The notes beneath the pieces are model-generated. The model did not search any database. It was not told the origin of the DNA and worked only from the letters and a program-made list of their open reading frames with translations. From Dictyostelium discoideum (taxonomy: Eukaryota), in contig CM000155.2 of the NCBI GenBank assembly GCA_000004695.1, forward strand, positions 2,176,001 through 2,240,000: a stretch of 64,000 bases of DNA, read 5' to 3'. Position numbers and translations under genes: made by a program. Shown here in pieces: positions 1 to 11,115 of this stretch (position 1 is the stretch's first letter; each line of letters starts with the position of its first letter).

Positions 1-54
1 CATGGCCACCATCAAACGAACGGTTTCGGGTAAAAAAATTTTAATTTCATCAAA

Positions 55-137
55 CCGGCTTTGGCGCAATGGTAGCGCGATTGACTGTAGTTATAATAGT
101 GATCAATCGGTTGCTAGTTCGAATCTGGCAAGCCGGA
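55..137 (+). tRNA. tRNA-Tyr (anticodon GUA) with ~11-nt intron 3' of the anticodon
   Basis: Folded by hand. Acceptor stem 55-61 CCGGCTT pairs with 130-136 AAGCCGG. D-arm is GCGC/AATGGTA/GCGC (64-78). Anticodon stem is ATTGA(80-84)/TCAAT(103-107) with loop CTGTAG and an intron at 91-101. The T-arm is GCTAG/TTCGAAT/CTGGC, the discriminator is A137, and a T5 Pol III terminator follows at 139-143. Eukaryotic tRNA-Tyr genes characteristically carry an intron. Confidence 0.85.
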
Positions 138-159
138 CTTTTTATATGGACACCAAATC

Positions 160-176
160 GGCGCATGTTCGATTCC
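160..176 (+). promoter_or_regulatory. extra B-box (exB) downstream of the tRNA gene
   Basis: GGCGCATGTTCGATTCC matches the B-box consensus GGTTCGANTCC about 25-35 bp 3' of the tRNA. This arrangement is typical of Dictyostelium tRNA genes. Confidence 0.5.
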
Positions 177-471
177 ATAATCAAACAGCTTAACAAGTTT
201 TTATAATATTAATTTCTTTCTTTTTGAAATTTACTAAAAACCTCATGAATAAATAAGCGACATACATTAACAAATTAAGTTTCATCACTAATAATAATAT
301 CACTGATAAAAAAAAAAAAAAAAAAAATAATAATAATTAAAAAACAAAAAAAAAAATTCTGGTGGTAATAATCGAAATAAATAGAGTCCAAGGTTTTACA
401 ATAATTTATTTTATAAAAACAAATAATCCTATATGAATGTTTTTAAAAAACTGATTAATTAATCATTTTTA

Positions 472-681
472 TTAATGGTTTGGACATCCCACTGCACATT
501 TTTCATTGATATTTTTGCAATTTAATTTGTCTGATTGACTGTGTCCAATGGCCCAAAATTTAAAATAATCTGGATTAGCATTAGCACACTTGGCGATACA
601 GCCAATTTTATCTCCATTTACTGCATTCAAATTTGATAGTAATGAGAATATCACTAAAATAGTTACTAAAATTTTTAACAT
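472..681 (-). CDS. small secreted cysteine-containing protein (69 aa, predicted signal peptide)
   Basis: ORF begins MLKILVTILVIFSLLSNLNA (hydrophobic signal) followed by a Cys-containing mature peptide. No recognisable family. Short and unverified. Confidence 0.35.
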   Translation of the reverse strand: MLKILVTILVIFSLLSNLNAVNGDKIGCIAKCANANPDYFKFWAIGHSQSDKLNCKNINEKCAVGCPNH

Positions 682-825
682 TATTATTTTTATTTTTTAT
701 CTTTTTTTAAAAAACCATTAATATATAAATATATTTTAAAGTTTTTCAGATATTTATTTTTTACCTTTTGAAAATTTATTCCTATTATTTAATAATAAAA
801 TATAAAATAAAAAAAAAACTTTGAA

Positions 826-876
826 TTGCAAAAATATTAATGAAAAATGTGCAGTGGGATGTCCAAACCATTTTTA
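826..876 (+). repeat. inverted copy of the 3' coding end (479-529) of the adjacent small ORF
   Basis: Plus-strand 826-876 (ttgaattgcaaaaatattaatgaaaaatgtgcagtgggatgtccaaaccat) matches the reverse complement of 479-529 at about 47/48 nt. Both encode ...LNCKNINEKCAVGCPNH. Confidence 0.6.
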
Positions 877-907
877 CAAAATATTAATGAAAAATTCTAA
901 AAGCCAT

Positions 908-941
<34 letters not shown>

Positions 942-998
942 CTTTTTTGATTATATATTTTTTTTTTTTTTTTTTCTAAACAATTTTAATTTTATTAT

Positions 999-2975
999 TT
1001 ATTTTTTATTTGTTGATTTTTTAATTGAATAAAAAATAAAACTTAAATCAAATGACCATTTTTTAGTTAATGAATTTCTATCATTTGGACCGAAATGACC
1101 AGAATCATCATCAATACCTAATAAAATGAGTGGAGAATTATTATTATTATTATTATTATCATCTCCATGTGTTAAAGATTTTAATTTATTTCTTAATTTA
1201 GCAACCCATTTTAATGGTTGCCAAAATGGTACACGATAATCACTAGTTGAACATGTAATATAAAGATTTGGTAAAGATTTTAATGATGATTGAATATTTG
1301 GATCATCTAAAAGAATGTATGGATCGTATTGTTTGATATAGTTGAAAACTTGTTTATCCAAATTTGGATTACCCCATTCACCATATTCATGAATTGTCAA
1401 AGGCAATGATTCATCTAACATTGAGGTTAAAACATCGGCAAATGGAACTTGAGAGATAATTCCACTGAAATAATGAGGATAGGTCAAGGCAACATTACAC
1501 ATTAACAATCCACCAGCACTTGAACCTCTACCAATTAAATAATTTGGACTTGTGTATTTATTTTCAAATAAATATTCAACGCAATCGATATAGTCAGAGA
1601 AAGTATTCTTCTTATTCAAAAGTTTACCATCATTATACCAAGTTCTGCCCAACTCACTACCACCTCTAACATGTGCCCTTGCAACAATAAAACCAGCATT
1701 CATCAAAAGCAAATCCTCAACATTATACAATAGAGAATAGACAGTGCCATAGGAGCCGTATCCGTGAAGTACACATGGTGTTTTGCCATCGAATCTGACT
1801 GCTTTTTTATTGTAACAAATTGATAATGGTATTTTAATTGACGGATCTGATTTTGAAGGTACCCAAAGTATGTCAGTTTCAAAAGCGTCTGGATTTATAG
1901 TTAGAGGACCTCTTTCAATTGATTCACCCAGTATAGTAATCGTTCCATCCTTTAGGGAAATCTTTGTACGAATTACATTTTGAGTTGGTGTACAATATGA
2001 TAAAAAGAAATGCTCATTATTTTCATAGCCCCCATTAACACCCATTGACAATTCAATGATTTTATGTGGAAATGTTATAATCTTTTCTAAAGATTTATCA
2101 AATCGATTTGTTTCTGCATTTTTAGAAATTATACGAATTCTTGGTTGAAACTTGTGTAAATCATTCAATACTAAATAATCTTTATACATATCAACATCTT
2201 TTATCATTGATTGAGCCTCTGAAGGTATAAATAATTCTAAATCATGAAATTTACCATTTTCAATTGTATCCTTAACTTTATAAATATTTAAATCACCCTT
2301 ATTTGCATTTGCAAATATATAAAATTCATCACCATTATGTTCTGCATAATATTCTAAATTATCAACTCTTGATAACATAATCTTATACGATTTCGATGTT
2401 ATTGGTTCACTTGGATTATCATGTAATTTATTATAATAAATTAAAGTTGATATTTTACAATTTGATAAATAAAATATATATTCACCATCTTTTGGAACAT
2501 AAATATCTAAATAATAAGCTGGATTTTCTTCATATATCATTAATTCAGATTGATTAACTTCTTCTTCATTTAATTTAATATTATTTTTAATTGATTTTTT
2601 AAATATCTAAAATAATAATAATAATAAATTACAATTAATTACCTTTTTTTTTTAAACTTATTTATTTAAATTTATAAATTACTACATACTTTATGAGAAC
2701 GATGAAAAACAAGGTCATGTTCAACATAAAACAAATCGTTATTTTTACCCCATTCAATTGAACTACAATTTTTAATTACATCTACAACTGGTGCACCTGG
2801 AATTGATATTTTTTTAATTATACAAACTTTATTTTCACTACTATCAACTTCTGTAACAAATGAAAAAAATGAATTATCCCTTGAAAATCTAAAAACAATT
2901 ATATCTCTTAAATTTATTTCATATCCTGCTATTTTTTCACCATCTGATAATAATAACTTTTTTTATTTATTAGTC

Positions 2976-3067
<92 letters not shown>

Positions 3068-3826
3068 ATATATAGTTGTTTTTACTAAAAATAAACATAC
3101 TTGAGTATAACCATCTGAAACTCTTTGACGGAATAAATTTTTATTTTTTATAATCATTTTATAACCATTTATGATTTCATCTTCATCTGGATGATCAATA
3201 AATACTCTTTTAAAAACTGATCTTAATTTTCTTGATAATGGACTTATATAAGATTTTGTAAATTTATCTTTATATTTATTTTCATTTTCAATATATTTTA
3301 ATACTTTTGGATCTTCAATATTTCTTAACCAATTATATGGATCATTTAAAGTTGTACCATGAATTTCTAATGAATATGGTTTTTGATCTGCAATTGGTGG
3401 TGGTAATGATTTTTTAGGTATTGATACTTTTTCTAAATAATAATTTAAATTACCTTTATTCAATCCAAAATCAAAATCAATTTTTTTTTTATCTTCAAAA
3501 TTTTCAACTTTATCAAGTATCTTTTCTTTTAAATCTGAAAGTAAATTAACAATACTAGAACTATATTTTCTTTTTAATAATGAATTTAATATTATTATAT
3601 TATTATTATTATCATTATTAATTTTATTGATATTATTATTACTATTGAATAAAAGAGATGATGATAAATTTTTTAAAGATATATTATTATTATTGTTATT
3701 ATTATTTTTATAATAATTAATTTTTTGTGTGAAATTTATTTTTTTTGATGTGTATGAATTTAACAAATTGTATTGATTAATCACACCCAAAGTTGATGAT
3801 AAAGGTTGAACTCTGAAAGATTTCAT
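999..3826 (-). CDS. oligopeptidase B / protease II-like serine peptidase (S9A prolyl oligopeptidase family)
   Basis: Three exons: complement(join(999..2606,2690..2956,3101..3826)). The N-terminus ...DPYNWLRNIEDPKVLKYIENENKY aligns to E. coli PtrB (DNYYWLRD..PEVLDYLQQEN). The beta-propeller region reads LLLSDGEKIAGYEINLRD..FRFSRDNSFF. The catalytic domain carries GRGSSAGGLLM (GxSxGG), VPFWQPLKWVAKLR and DSGHFG (catalytic His). Donors are CAA|GTATGT and AAA|GTATGT, acceptors AAAAAG| and TTTTAG|. Intron 1 (2957-3100) is mostly an (AAT)n microsatellite. Confidence 0.8.
2966..3068. repeat. (ATT/AAT)n microsatellite inside intron 1 of the peptidase gene
   Basis: About 100 bp of perfect ATT repeats between the donor at 3100 and the acceptor at 2957. 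The ORF track reads it as poly-N, but splice signals and homolog alignment place it in an intron. Confidence 0.6.
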
Positions 3827-3865
3827 ACTGAATGTATATATTTTAAAAACACCCCAAAGATTTAA

Positions 3866-3900
3866 TTATTCACACTAAATCACCCACCCACACAAAAAAA
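3866..3900. promoter_or_regulatory. CA-rich/G-box element (CACCCACCCACAC) in the 5' flank of the peptidase gene
   Basis: On the gene strand it reads GTGTGGGTGGGTG about 50-70 bp upstream of the ATG at 3826. It resembles Dictyostelium GBF-binding G-box/CAE elements. Further CA-rich runs lie at 4400-4500. Confidence 0.4.
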
Positions 3901-4289
3901 CAGTGAATTTTAAATAAATTTATTTTTAGGTCAGATTTAATTCAATTGGGGAAGGGTGGTGCACTGTGCTATGTAAATAAGAATTTCTTTCAAAATGAAA
4001 AAAAAATAAAAAAAAATAAAAAAATAAAAATAAAATAAAATTAAAAAAAATGAAAAAAATAGAAAAAAAAATAAAAAATGATTGAGATATGTTCTTATTA
4101 TTTTGTGAATTGATATTTATGGTGCAACCACACTATCATCTAGTTTTTATACCTTTATTTCCGATATGGAAATTTATTAATTGGAATCTTTTTTTTATTT
4201 TTTTTTTATTTTTTTTTTTTTTTTGAAAATGAAAAAATATTTAATAATAGACTATCAAAAAAAAAGATTCTTTGATTCTTTAAGTTGTG

Positions 4290-4305
4290 TGGTTAACCAC
4301 ACTTA
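4290..4305. promoter_or_regulatory. perfect 16-bp palindrome GTGTGGTTAACCACAC
   Basis: GC-containing palindrome inside a >90% AT intergenic region. A related ACCACAC half-site lies at 4123-4135. Confidence 0.35.
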
Positions 4306-4517
4306 ATTTGATAATTGTAGTAAAAATAAAAAAAATAAAAAATTAAACAAAAATAATAATTAAAAATAAATTAACAATGTGATAATTTTTGTATTTTTTC
4401 AAACCAAAACCACCACCTATAACCCACTACCACTACTATTATTAACACCATATTTCTATTTGTATTAAATCAAATTAAACCACAATTTTCACCCCACCCC
4501 CATTAACAAAAACACTA

Positions 4518-4569
<52 letters not shown>

Positions 4570-5332
4570 AAAAAGAAAAGAAAAATTAAAATAAAATAAT
4601 AATAATATTATTTTAATAAATACCAATATATTTATACAATAAATAAACTGGGTCACATTTTCATTAAGAATATAATTTTATTTTTAAATAATTTTTTTTT
4701 TAATCAAAACATACGAATAATTTTTTTATTTTTTTTTATTTTAATTTTTTTAATTTTTATATTTAATTATTTATTTAATTATTTTTTTTATTTATATATT
4801 TAAATTTATTCCTTCACACATTTTGATTGTTATCATGAAATTTAAAACATCACCATAAATAAAAATAAGACACCCCCCAAAAAATTACATATACAACACA
4901 TAATATTGTTTTTTTTTTTTTTTTTTATATTGTATAAAAATTAAATAAACCAAACACATATATATTTTTATTAATAATAATATTATTATTTAATATTAGT
5001 TTATTATTTTTTTTATTTTTTTTATTGTATTTTTTATTGTATTTTTTTTTTAATTTAATTATTAATAATACTAATTATTATTTGTCATTATTATTATTAT
5101 TTATTTATTTTTTTTTTTTTTATTGTATTATTTTTAATTCAAAAAAAAGGAATCTCCCACTTTCCAAATATAATTTTTCATACATTTTTAAAAAGTTTTT
5201 AATTAAAAAAACACTAAAAATCAAACATTATAAATATCATCATAACCAATCAGTAATATTTTCTTTATTTCAATTTTTTTACCTTTAATTTCAATTTTTT
5301 TACCTTTAATTATTATTTAATTATTATTATAT

Positions 5333-5370
<38 letters not shown>

Positions 5371-5554
5371 TTTAAAATATAGAGTATAACAATAAATAAT
5401 AAAATAAAAACAACACCATTGTTTTTTATAGCTTTTTTGTATTTTCATGAAAAATAAAAAATTTTAAAAAAAGTAATTTAGATTTGAAAATAAATTCACA
5501 AAAAATAAAATAATAAAACCATTCTACTAATGAAATAAATATTTTCTAAAAAAA

Positions 5555-6295
5555 ATGCAATATATAAAAAGTAAGTAAAATTTTATTTTACCAAATATTT
5601 TAAGTTTATTTTAAAAAAATAAAATAAAAATAAAATTAAAAAATAAAATAATAATAATAATAATTATTTTTATAATTTTTTTTTTTTTTTTTTTTACAAT
5701 TTAATTATTATTATTTATAGTGGTAATTTGTGGTGATGGAGCAGTTGGTAAAACAAGTTTATTAATTGCATTTGCATCAGGTGAATTTCCTAGAGATTAT
5801 CAACCAACAGTATTTGATAATTTTAGTACATTATATATGTTTCAAAATAAAGCCTATAATTTAGGATTATTTGATACAGCTGGTCAAGAAGATTTTGATA
5901 GATTAAGACCATTAGGATATAACGATACTGATTTATTTTTAATATGTTATTCTGTAATAAATCCACCATCATATGCTAATGTTTATGATAAATGGTATTC
6001 CGAGATTAAATTATATACCGGATCTGAAATTCCATTGATACTAGTTGGAACACAAAATGATTTGAGGCATGATAAAGCAACTCGTGAAACTTTAGCATTG
6101 AAACAACAAGCTCCAATCTCATATGAAGAAGGTATGATGATGAGAAAAAGAATTGGTGCTAAAGCTTTCACTGAATGTAGTGTTGTAAGTGGTAAAAATG
6201 TTAAACAAGTTTTTGAAGAAGCAATTAAAGTTTATCAAGATAGACAAATTGAAATTTCAAAATCAAAAGAAAAAAACAATTGTATAATCTTATAA
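5555..6295 (+). CDS. Rho-family (Rac-like) small GTPase with CAAX box
   Basis: join(5555..5570,5721..6295). Exon 1 ATGCAATATATAAAAA|GTAAGT encodes MQYIK. Exon 2 carries GDGAVGKT (P-loop), DTAGQE (switch II), TQNDL (NKxD-like) and a C-terminal CIIL (geranylgeranyl CAAX). Confidence 0.8.
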
Positions 6296-6854
6296 GTTAA
6301 AAAAAAATAAAAAATAAAAAATAAAAAACAATAAAAAAATAAAATAAAAAAAAAAATAAAAAAAAATAAAAATAATATACAAAAATAAAATTATCAAATC
6401 GATCTAATATTTTAAAAATTAAAAATAAAAATATCCAAAAATAAAACAATTGTCAAATTTGACACTTTTAAAAAAAAAAAAATTTTATTTAACTATGATT
6501 TAATTCAGTATTAAAAAATAGAGCACTCAAAAATTCACAAAATGTAATATAAAATATAAAAAAATGAATTATTTAATTAACAAAAAAACATATAAAATTT
6601 ATTCCCAACTCGTTATTCTTCAAAATAAAAAAACAATTACAAAAAATGGGATGGTAAATAATTAAATTCTAAAAATAAAATTATTGATTAGAAAAAAAAA
6701 AAAATAAAAAAAAGAAAATAATTAAAAATAAAAAAGTACACGAAAATATTACGAACATTTTCACATTAAAAAAAAAAAAATAAAAAAATAAAAAAAAACA
6801 TTTTTAGAAAATTTTCACATATCTCATACCACCCATTAAACAGACAAACAAAAT

Positions 6855-6882
<28 letters not shown>

Positions 6883-6886
<4 letters not shown>

Positions 6887-7707
6887 AAAGATTTATTTCA
6901 AATGTTTCAAAACAAATTTTAATTAAAAATCCAATTATTAAAAATAATAATAATTGTAAAATAATTAATAGTTTTTCAAACATATACAAACAACAACCAC
7001 TACAAAAACCAATTAGTTCATTATTTAATAATAATTTTAAAAATTATAATCAAAGATTTTATTGTGAAAAACAACAACAACCAAATAATTCAGAATCAGT
7101 TACAAATGCAGAGATTGATCATCATGGTGAAGATACAGAAAATGAATTTAAACCAGTAGTTGTTGATGGTGTTAGAATCGAACCAAAATATTATATCGAA
7201 TTTACATGTACATACGTTGATCCAAAATTAAAAACTGAATGTGGTTTCGTTTCAAAGAAAACTTTTTCAAAACATTCTTATCATAAAGGTGTAGTTTTAA
7301 TTAGATGTGATGGTTGTAAAAAGATTCGTAAGTATTTAAAACAGTTAAGAGAAACTATATATATATATATTTCCTTTTTTTTATTTTATTTTATTTTTTA
7401 TCTTAATAAAGTAATAAAAAAATAAATAAAAAAAAATAAAAAAAAGTCATATCTTTATTAATAATTATTATAATAATTAAAATCTAAATAAATACAAAAA
7501 AAAAAATAAAAAAAAAAAGATACAATTGCTGATAATTTAGGTTGGACAGGTTATGAAAATGCCAAAAATATTGAAGAAATTATGGCAGAAAAAGGTGAAA
7601 CAGTTAGAAGATATTTACTTAAACAAGATGAAATTGAAGATGAAAAGAAATCTGATGAGCCAGTTTTAATTGGTAGTTCAAATAAAAATGAAGAACCTAA
7701 AAAATAA
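6883..7707 (+). CDS. mtHsp70 escort protein Hep1/Zim17 (DNL-type zinc finger, Tim15)
   Basis: join(6883..7327,7520..7707). FTCTYVDPKLKTECG...FSKHSYHKGVVLIRCDGCKKI | HTIADNLGWTGY reconstitutes the CxxC...CxxC-HLIADNLGW motif across a phase-1 intron (C|GTAAGT ... AAG|AT). The N-terminus is basic and resembles a presequence. Confidence 0.75.
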
Positions 7708-7909
7708 AATTACAAATATATATAAATCCCTTTTTCATTTTTGTATAAATTTCGTGCAACACATAAATTATTATTTTTATTTTTATTTTTATTTTTTTTA
7801 TTATTATAATAATAATAATTAATAATAAAGGTAACCTATTTATTTTACTATAAACTAAAATCTTTTTTTTTTGTTTTAAATTTTATATTTTTTTATTTTT
7901 TGTTATTAT

Positions 7910-8044
7910 TTAAAAAGGTAATTCATTACCAGAATCCGCTTTTTGAAGTAATCTATTTACTAATGGATGATTTAATATATTTCCAATTATTGGTAATTTT
8001 CTAAGGATTGAAATAACAATTGGGAATGCGTCACTTTAAAGAAC

Positions 8045-8077
<33 letters not shown>

Positions 8078-8438
8078 TAGTATTTATAAATTTTTAAAAA
8101 AATGGATATGAAAATTAATAATAATAATAACAAAAATAATAACAAAAATAATAATAATAGTAATAAGATAATTACCCAAACAAATTTACAAAACCAAAGA
8201 TTTCAATGACCATTCCAACAAATGTCCATCTTGTTACTAATAATACAACGATACCAAAAAAGAATAAGATTGTTCCTTTTATTTTCTTCTTTTGGGCAAA
8301 AAACTTTGTAGTTTTTTGTAAACCTAAAATTAAAACTATACCAGATACCAATAAAAGGTTACCTAATGCTAATAAATTTCTATCTAAAAATAATAAAACT
8401 CCTAAAAATCCAAAAAATAATCCCATTGCTGAGAGCAT
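7910..8438 (-). CDS. Golgi transport protein Got1 (GOLT1) homolog
   Basis: complement(join(7910..8033,8176..8438)). MLSAMGLFFGFLGVLLFLDRNLLALGNLLLVSGIVLILGLQKT..FFAQKKKIKGTILFFFGIVVLLVTRWTFVGMVIEIFGFVNLFG | DAFPIVISILRKLPIIGNILNHPLVNRLLQ aligns along its length to human GOLT1B. The intron is phase 2 (TTTGG|GTAATT). Confidence 0.8.
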
Positions 8439-8959
8439 AGCTCCAATTTCTATAATTTATTAATTTATTATTATTTTTTTATTTTGTATTTATTTAGTAC
8501 TAATTTATGGTAATAATAATTGGTGAACTTGAAAAAAAAAAAAAATAAAATAAAAACAAATATTATTTTAATAAAAAAAAAAAAAAATAAAAAAAAAAAG
8601 AAATTTATAATTACTTTGTTGATCGGTAAACATTTTAATTTATTATATGTTTTATTTTAAAGCACGCGAATATCTTATTTATAAATATATTTAATTTTAT
8701 TGGCCAAAAAGAAAAAAAAAAAAAAAAAAAATGAAAAAATGAAAACTAATAAGTGAATTATCGTGTTGCTGAATTTGTTTTTTTTTTTTTTTTTTTTTTT
8801 TTTTGTTTTTTTTTTTTTTTCTAAATTTTTATTTTTATTTTTTTTATGAAATTGAAAAATTGAAAATTTTTTAAAAAAAAGGGTGACCACCTAAGATTTC
8901 CCAAGCTCAAAAATAAACCACAATTTAAAATGGAAATCCAAAAACAGTCAAATCAATTG

Positions 8960-9105
8960 ACTCAAATTATAATAATAAAAAAAAATAAAAAATTTTACAA
9001 TTAAATAAATTATAATATAAAAAAAAAAAAAAAAAAATTTTACAAATTGTTTAAATAAACTATAATAAAAAAAATAAAAAATTTTACACTTTGTTTATTG
9101 GGTTA
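8960..9105. repeat. ~45-bp tandem repeat (3 copies) 'aaaattttacaa(a/t)ttaaataaa(c/t)tataat'
   Basis: Copies lie at about 8985-9030, 9030-9075 and 9078-9105, between the pex13 3' end and the got1 5' flank. Confidence 0.45.
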
Positions 9106-9174
9106 TTTTTAGTTTTTTTCTTTTTCTTTTTTAAGGATTTTTTTTGTTTGCTTTTTTTTTTCCAAGAAAAAAGA

Positions 9175-9341
9175 TTAACTTTCCTCCACATATGGTTTAT
9201 CCATGAGTTCAGAGCGAGACAATTGCTGTGAGGTTTTGGATGGAGAAATTGGTCTTTGATTATCATTATTATTATTATAGATAATATTTTTTGATATACC
9301 ATCGTTATTACTACTAAAATTTGATTGTAGTTGATAATTGC

Positions 9342-9383
<42 letters not shown>

Positions 9384-10292
9384 TACTACTATAATCTGAA
9401 TATTCACTATTATTTAAATTATTATTACTATTATTTCTATTAAAACCATTATTATTATCATAAATCTGTACAGAGGTATTAATATTATTATTATTATTAT
9501 TATTGTTATTATTATTGTTATTGATATCATTTGGTGAAATTTTTTCAGTAAAATCGACTGGAAAGAAGCCACTTAAACCATTACATTCTCCAACCCACCA
9601 ATTATCGTGTGGTTTGTCAATTACATTTACAATATCGCCTACTCTTAATGGTAAATCACGAGTAGTTTCGGGGTTAAATTCGTAAATAGCCTTTACTTGG
9701 CCATAACCACCACCTTGTTGTTCTTCCCAACCTTTATCCAATCTTGATGCTTGTCCTCTTCTTCTTAAATTTAATAATTGACCAATTACCATTGGTACTC
9801 CTATAAATGTTGCTGCAATAATTAAAATCAAGGTACCAACTGATTGTTTCTTTTCGTTTTGAAAATTTCTAAAATCCTATAAAAAAAAAAAAATAATAAT
9901 ATTTGATAAATATTAGTCCAAAAGTTTCTATCTATTTTGCTCGATTCTATTCTATTTTATTCTATTCTATTCTATTCTATAGATCAAAACTTACGGAAAC
10001 ATCCATATTTGCTTGTCTTAAACTCTCTGTTATTGCATTACTTCCAAATTTGGAAGATGTATTGTTATTACTACTGTTACTTTTTGATTTCTTTCCTAAT
10101 AAATATCTAAAAACTCTTAAAAATCTAGATGCAACTGATTGAAACATTCTAAATAATGAATATGTTTTAATTATAGCCATAATTTCATAACTAAAGTGAC
10201 TCATACTTTGGCATAATCTAATAATAATATAATAAAAAAAAAATATATAATATTAGTATTTTTTATGTATAGAATAAATATATTATTTGGTT

Positions 10293-10328
<36 letters not shown>

Positions 10329-11115
10329 TTATGATTGACGAGAATGAACCATGAACTGCATCAAAATTTGCATCTAATAATCTAGAGAATCTGGAGAATG
10401 TGTCAACGATTGAATGTAATGCTTCCATCCAAGAATGACCACTCGATACTACACTTTGAAGTGCTCCTCCTTTTCCATCCATATTATCGTAGCCACGTTG
10501 GCCATATCCTCCACCATATCCTCCACCATATCCTCCACCATAACTACTACCATAACCTCCACCATAACTCGAACCGTATCCACTACCACCATAACTACTA
10601 CCATAACCACTACCATAACTTGAACCATATCCACCACCATAACTTGAGCCATATCCACTACCACCATAACCACCACTACTATAACCTCCACCCCCATACA
10701 AGCTACTACCATAACCACCACTACCACCACTACCATAACTACTGCCGTAGCCACTTGATCCGTAGCCACCACTACTATATGAATCTCTGTATCCGCCACC
10801 ATAACTACTTCTATATCCACTACTACCACCGACACCACCACCAAAACTATCTATACTTGAGGAACCTGCTCCACCACTCTCCCATGGTCTCATGGGGGTT
10901 CTAGGTCTTGTTACCAAAGGACCTCCTACTGATGTTGATGGTGAACCTGTATTATTTAATGTGCTAGTTTGAGTTGTGGTGCTGCTACCACCACCTGGTG
11001 ATGTAGTTCTTTGTGGACCACTCATTGGTCTTGATATTCCTCCTGAACCTGTCATTGATGTACTTCCTCCACCACCTGAATTGTTTTCCCATGGTTTGGG
11101 TGGGCTTCTTCTCAT
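9175..11115 (-). CDS. pex13: peroxin 13 (Pex13)
   Basis: complement(join(9175..9877,9995..10217,10328..11115)). Features are an N-terminal PPKPWE motif and a long Gly/Tyr/Ser-rich YG-repeat region (GYGSSYGGG...). A conserved block [27 protein letters not shown] follows, then a TM segment ([15 protein letters not shown]) and a C-terminal SH3 domain ([47 protein letters not shown]). Introns are 10218-10327 (phase 2) and 9878-9994 (phase 0). Confidence 0.8.

Noticed and set aside
2-193. 63-aa ORF on + strand at the window start
   Set aside because: It overlaps and is explained by the tRNA-Tyr gene. It has no coding features.
2957-3100. Poly-Asn C-terminus of track ORF 2963-3826
   Set aside because: Alignment to oligopeptidase B shows the protein continues in the next exon (LLLSDGEKIAGY...). 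The region is bounded by CAA|GTATGT and AAAAAG| and is a pure (AAT)n microsatellite, so it is an intron.
8675-8890. Lys/Phe-rich short ORFs in homopolymer intergenic DNA (also 5025-5288, 9084-9407, 11644-11859, 12171-12547, 14403-14588, 15526-15787, 28022-28207, 33499-33899, 34217-34399, 44440-44640, 46073-46285, 51869-52310 frame-1 tail, 55437-55764, 57363-57899, 60189-60419, 61742-62038)
   Set aside because: These are translations of A/T homopolymers and simple repeats. There is no homology, and composition alone is the only basis.
10398-10904. His/Tyr-rich 168-aa + strand ORF, plus ORFs 10435-10623 and 10449-10844
   Set aside because: These are antisense or alternate-frame readings of the Pex13 YG-repeat DNA. 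The periodic repeat keeps all frames open. The Pex13 reading is supported by homology and flanking domains.
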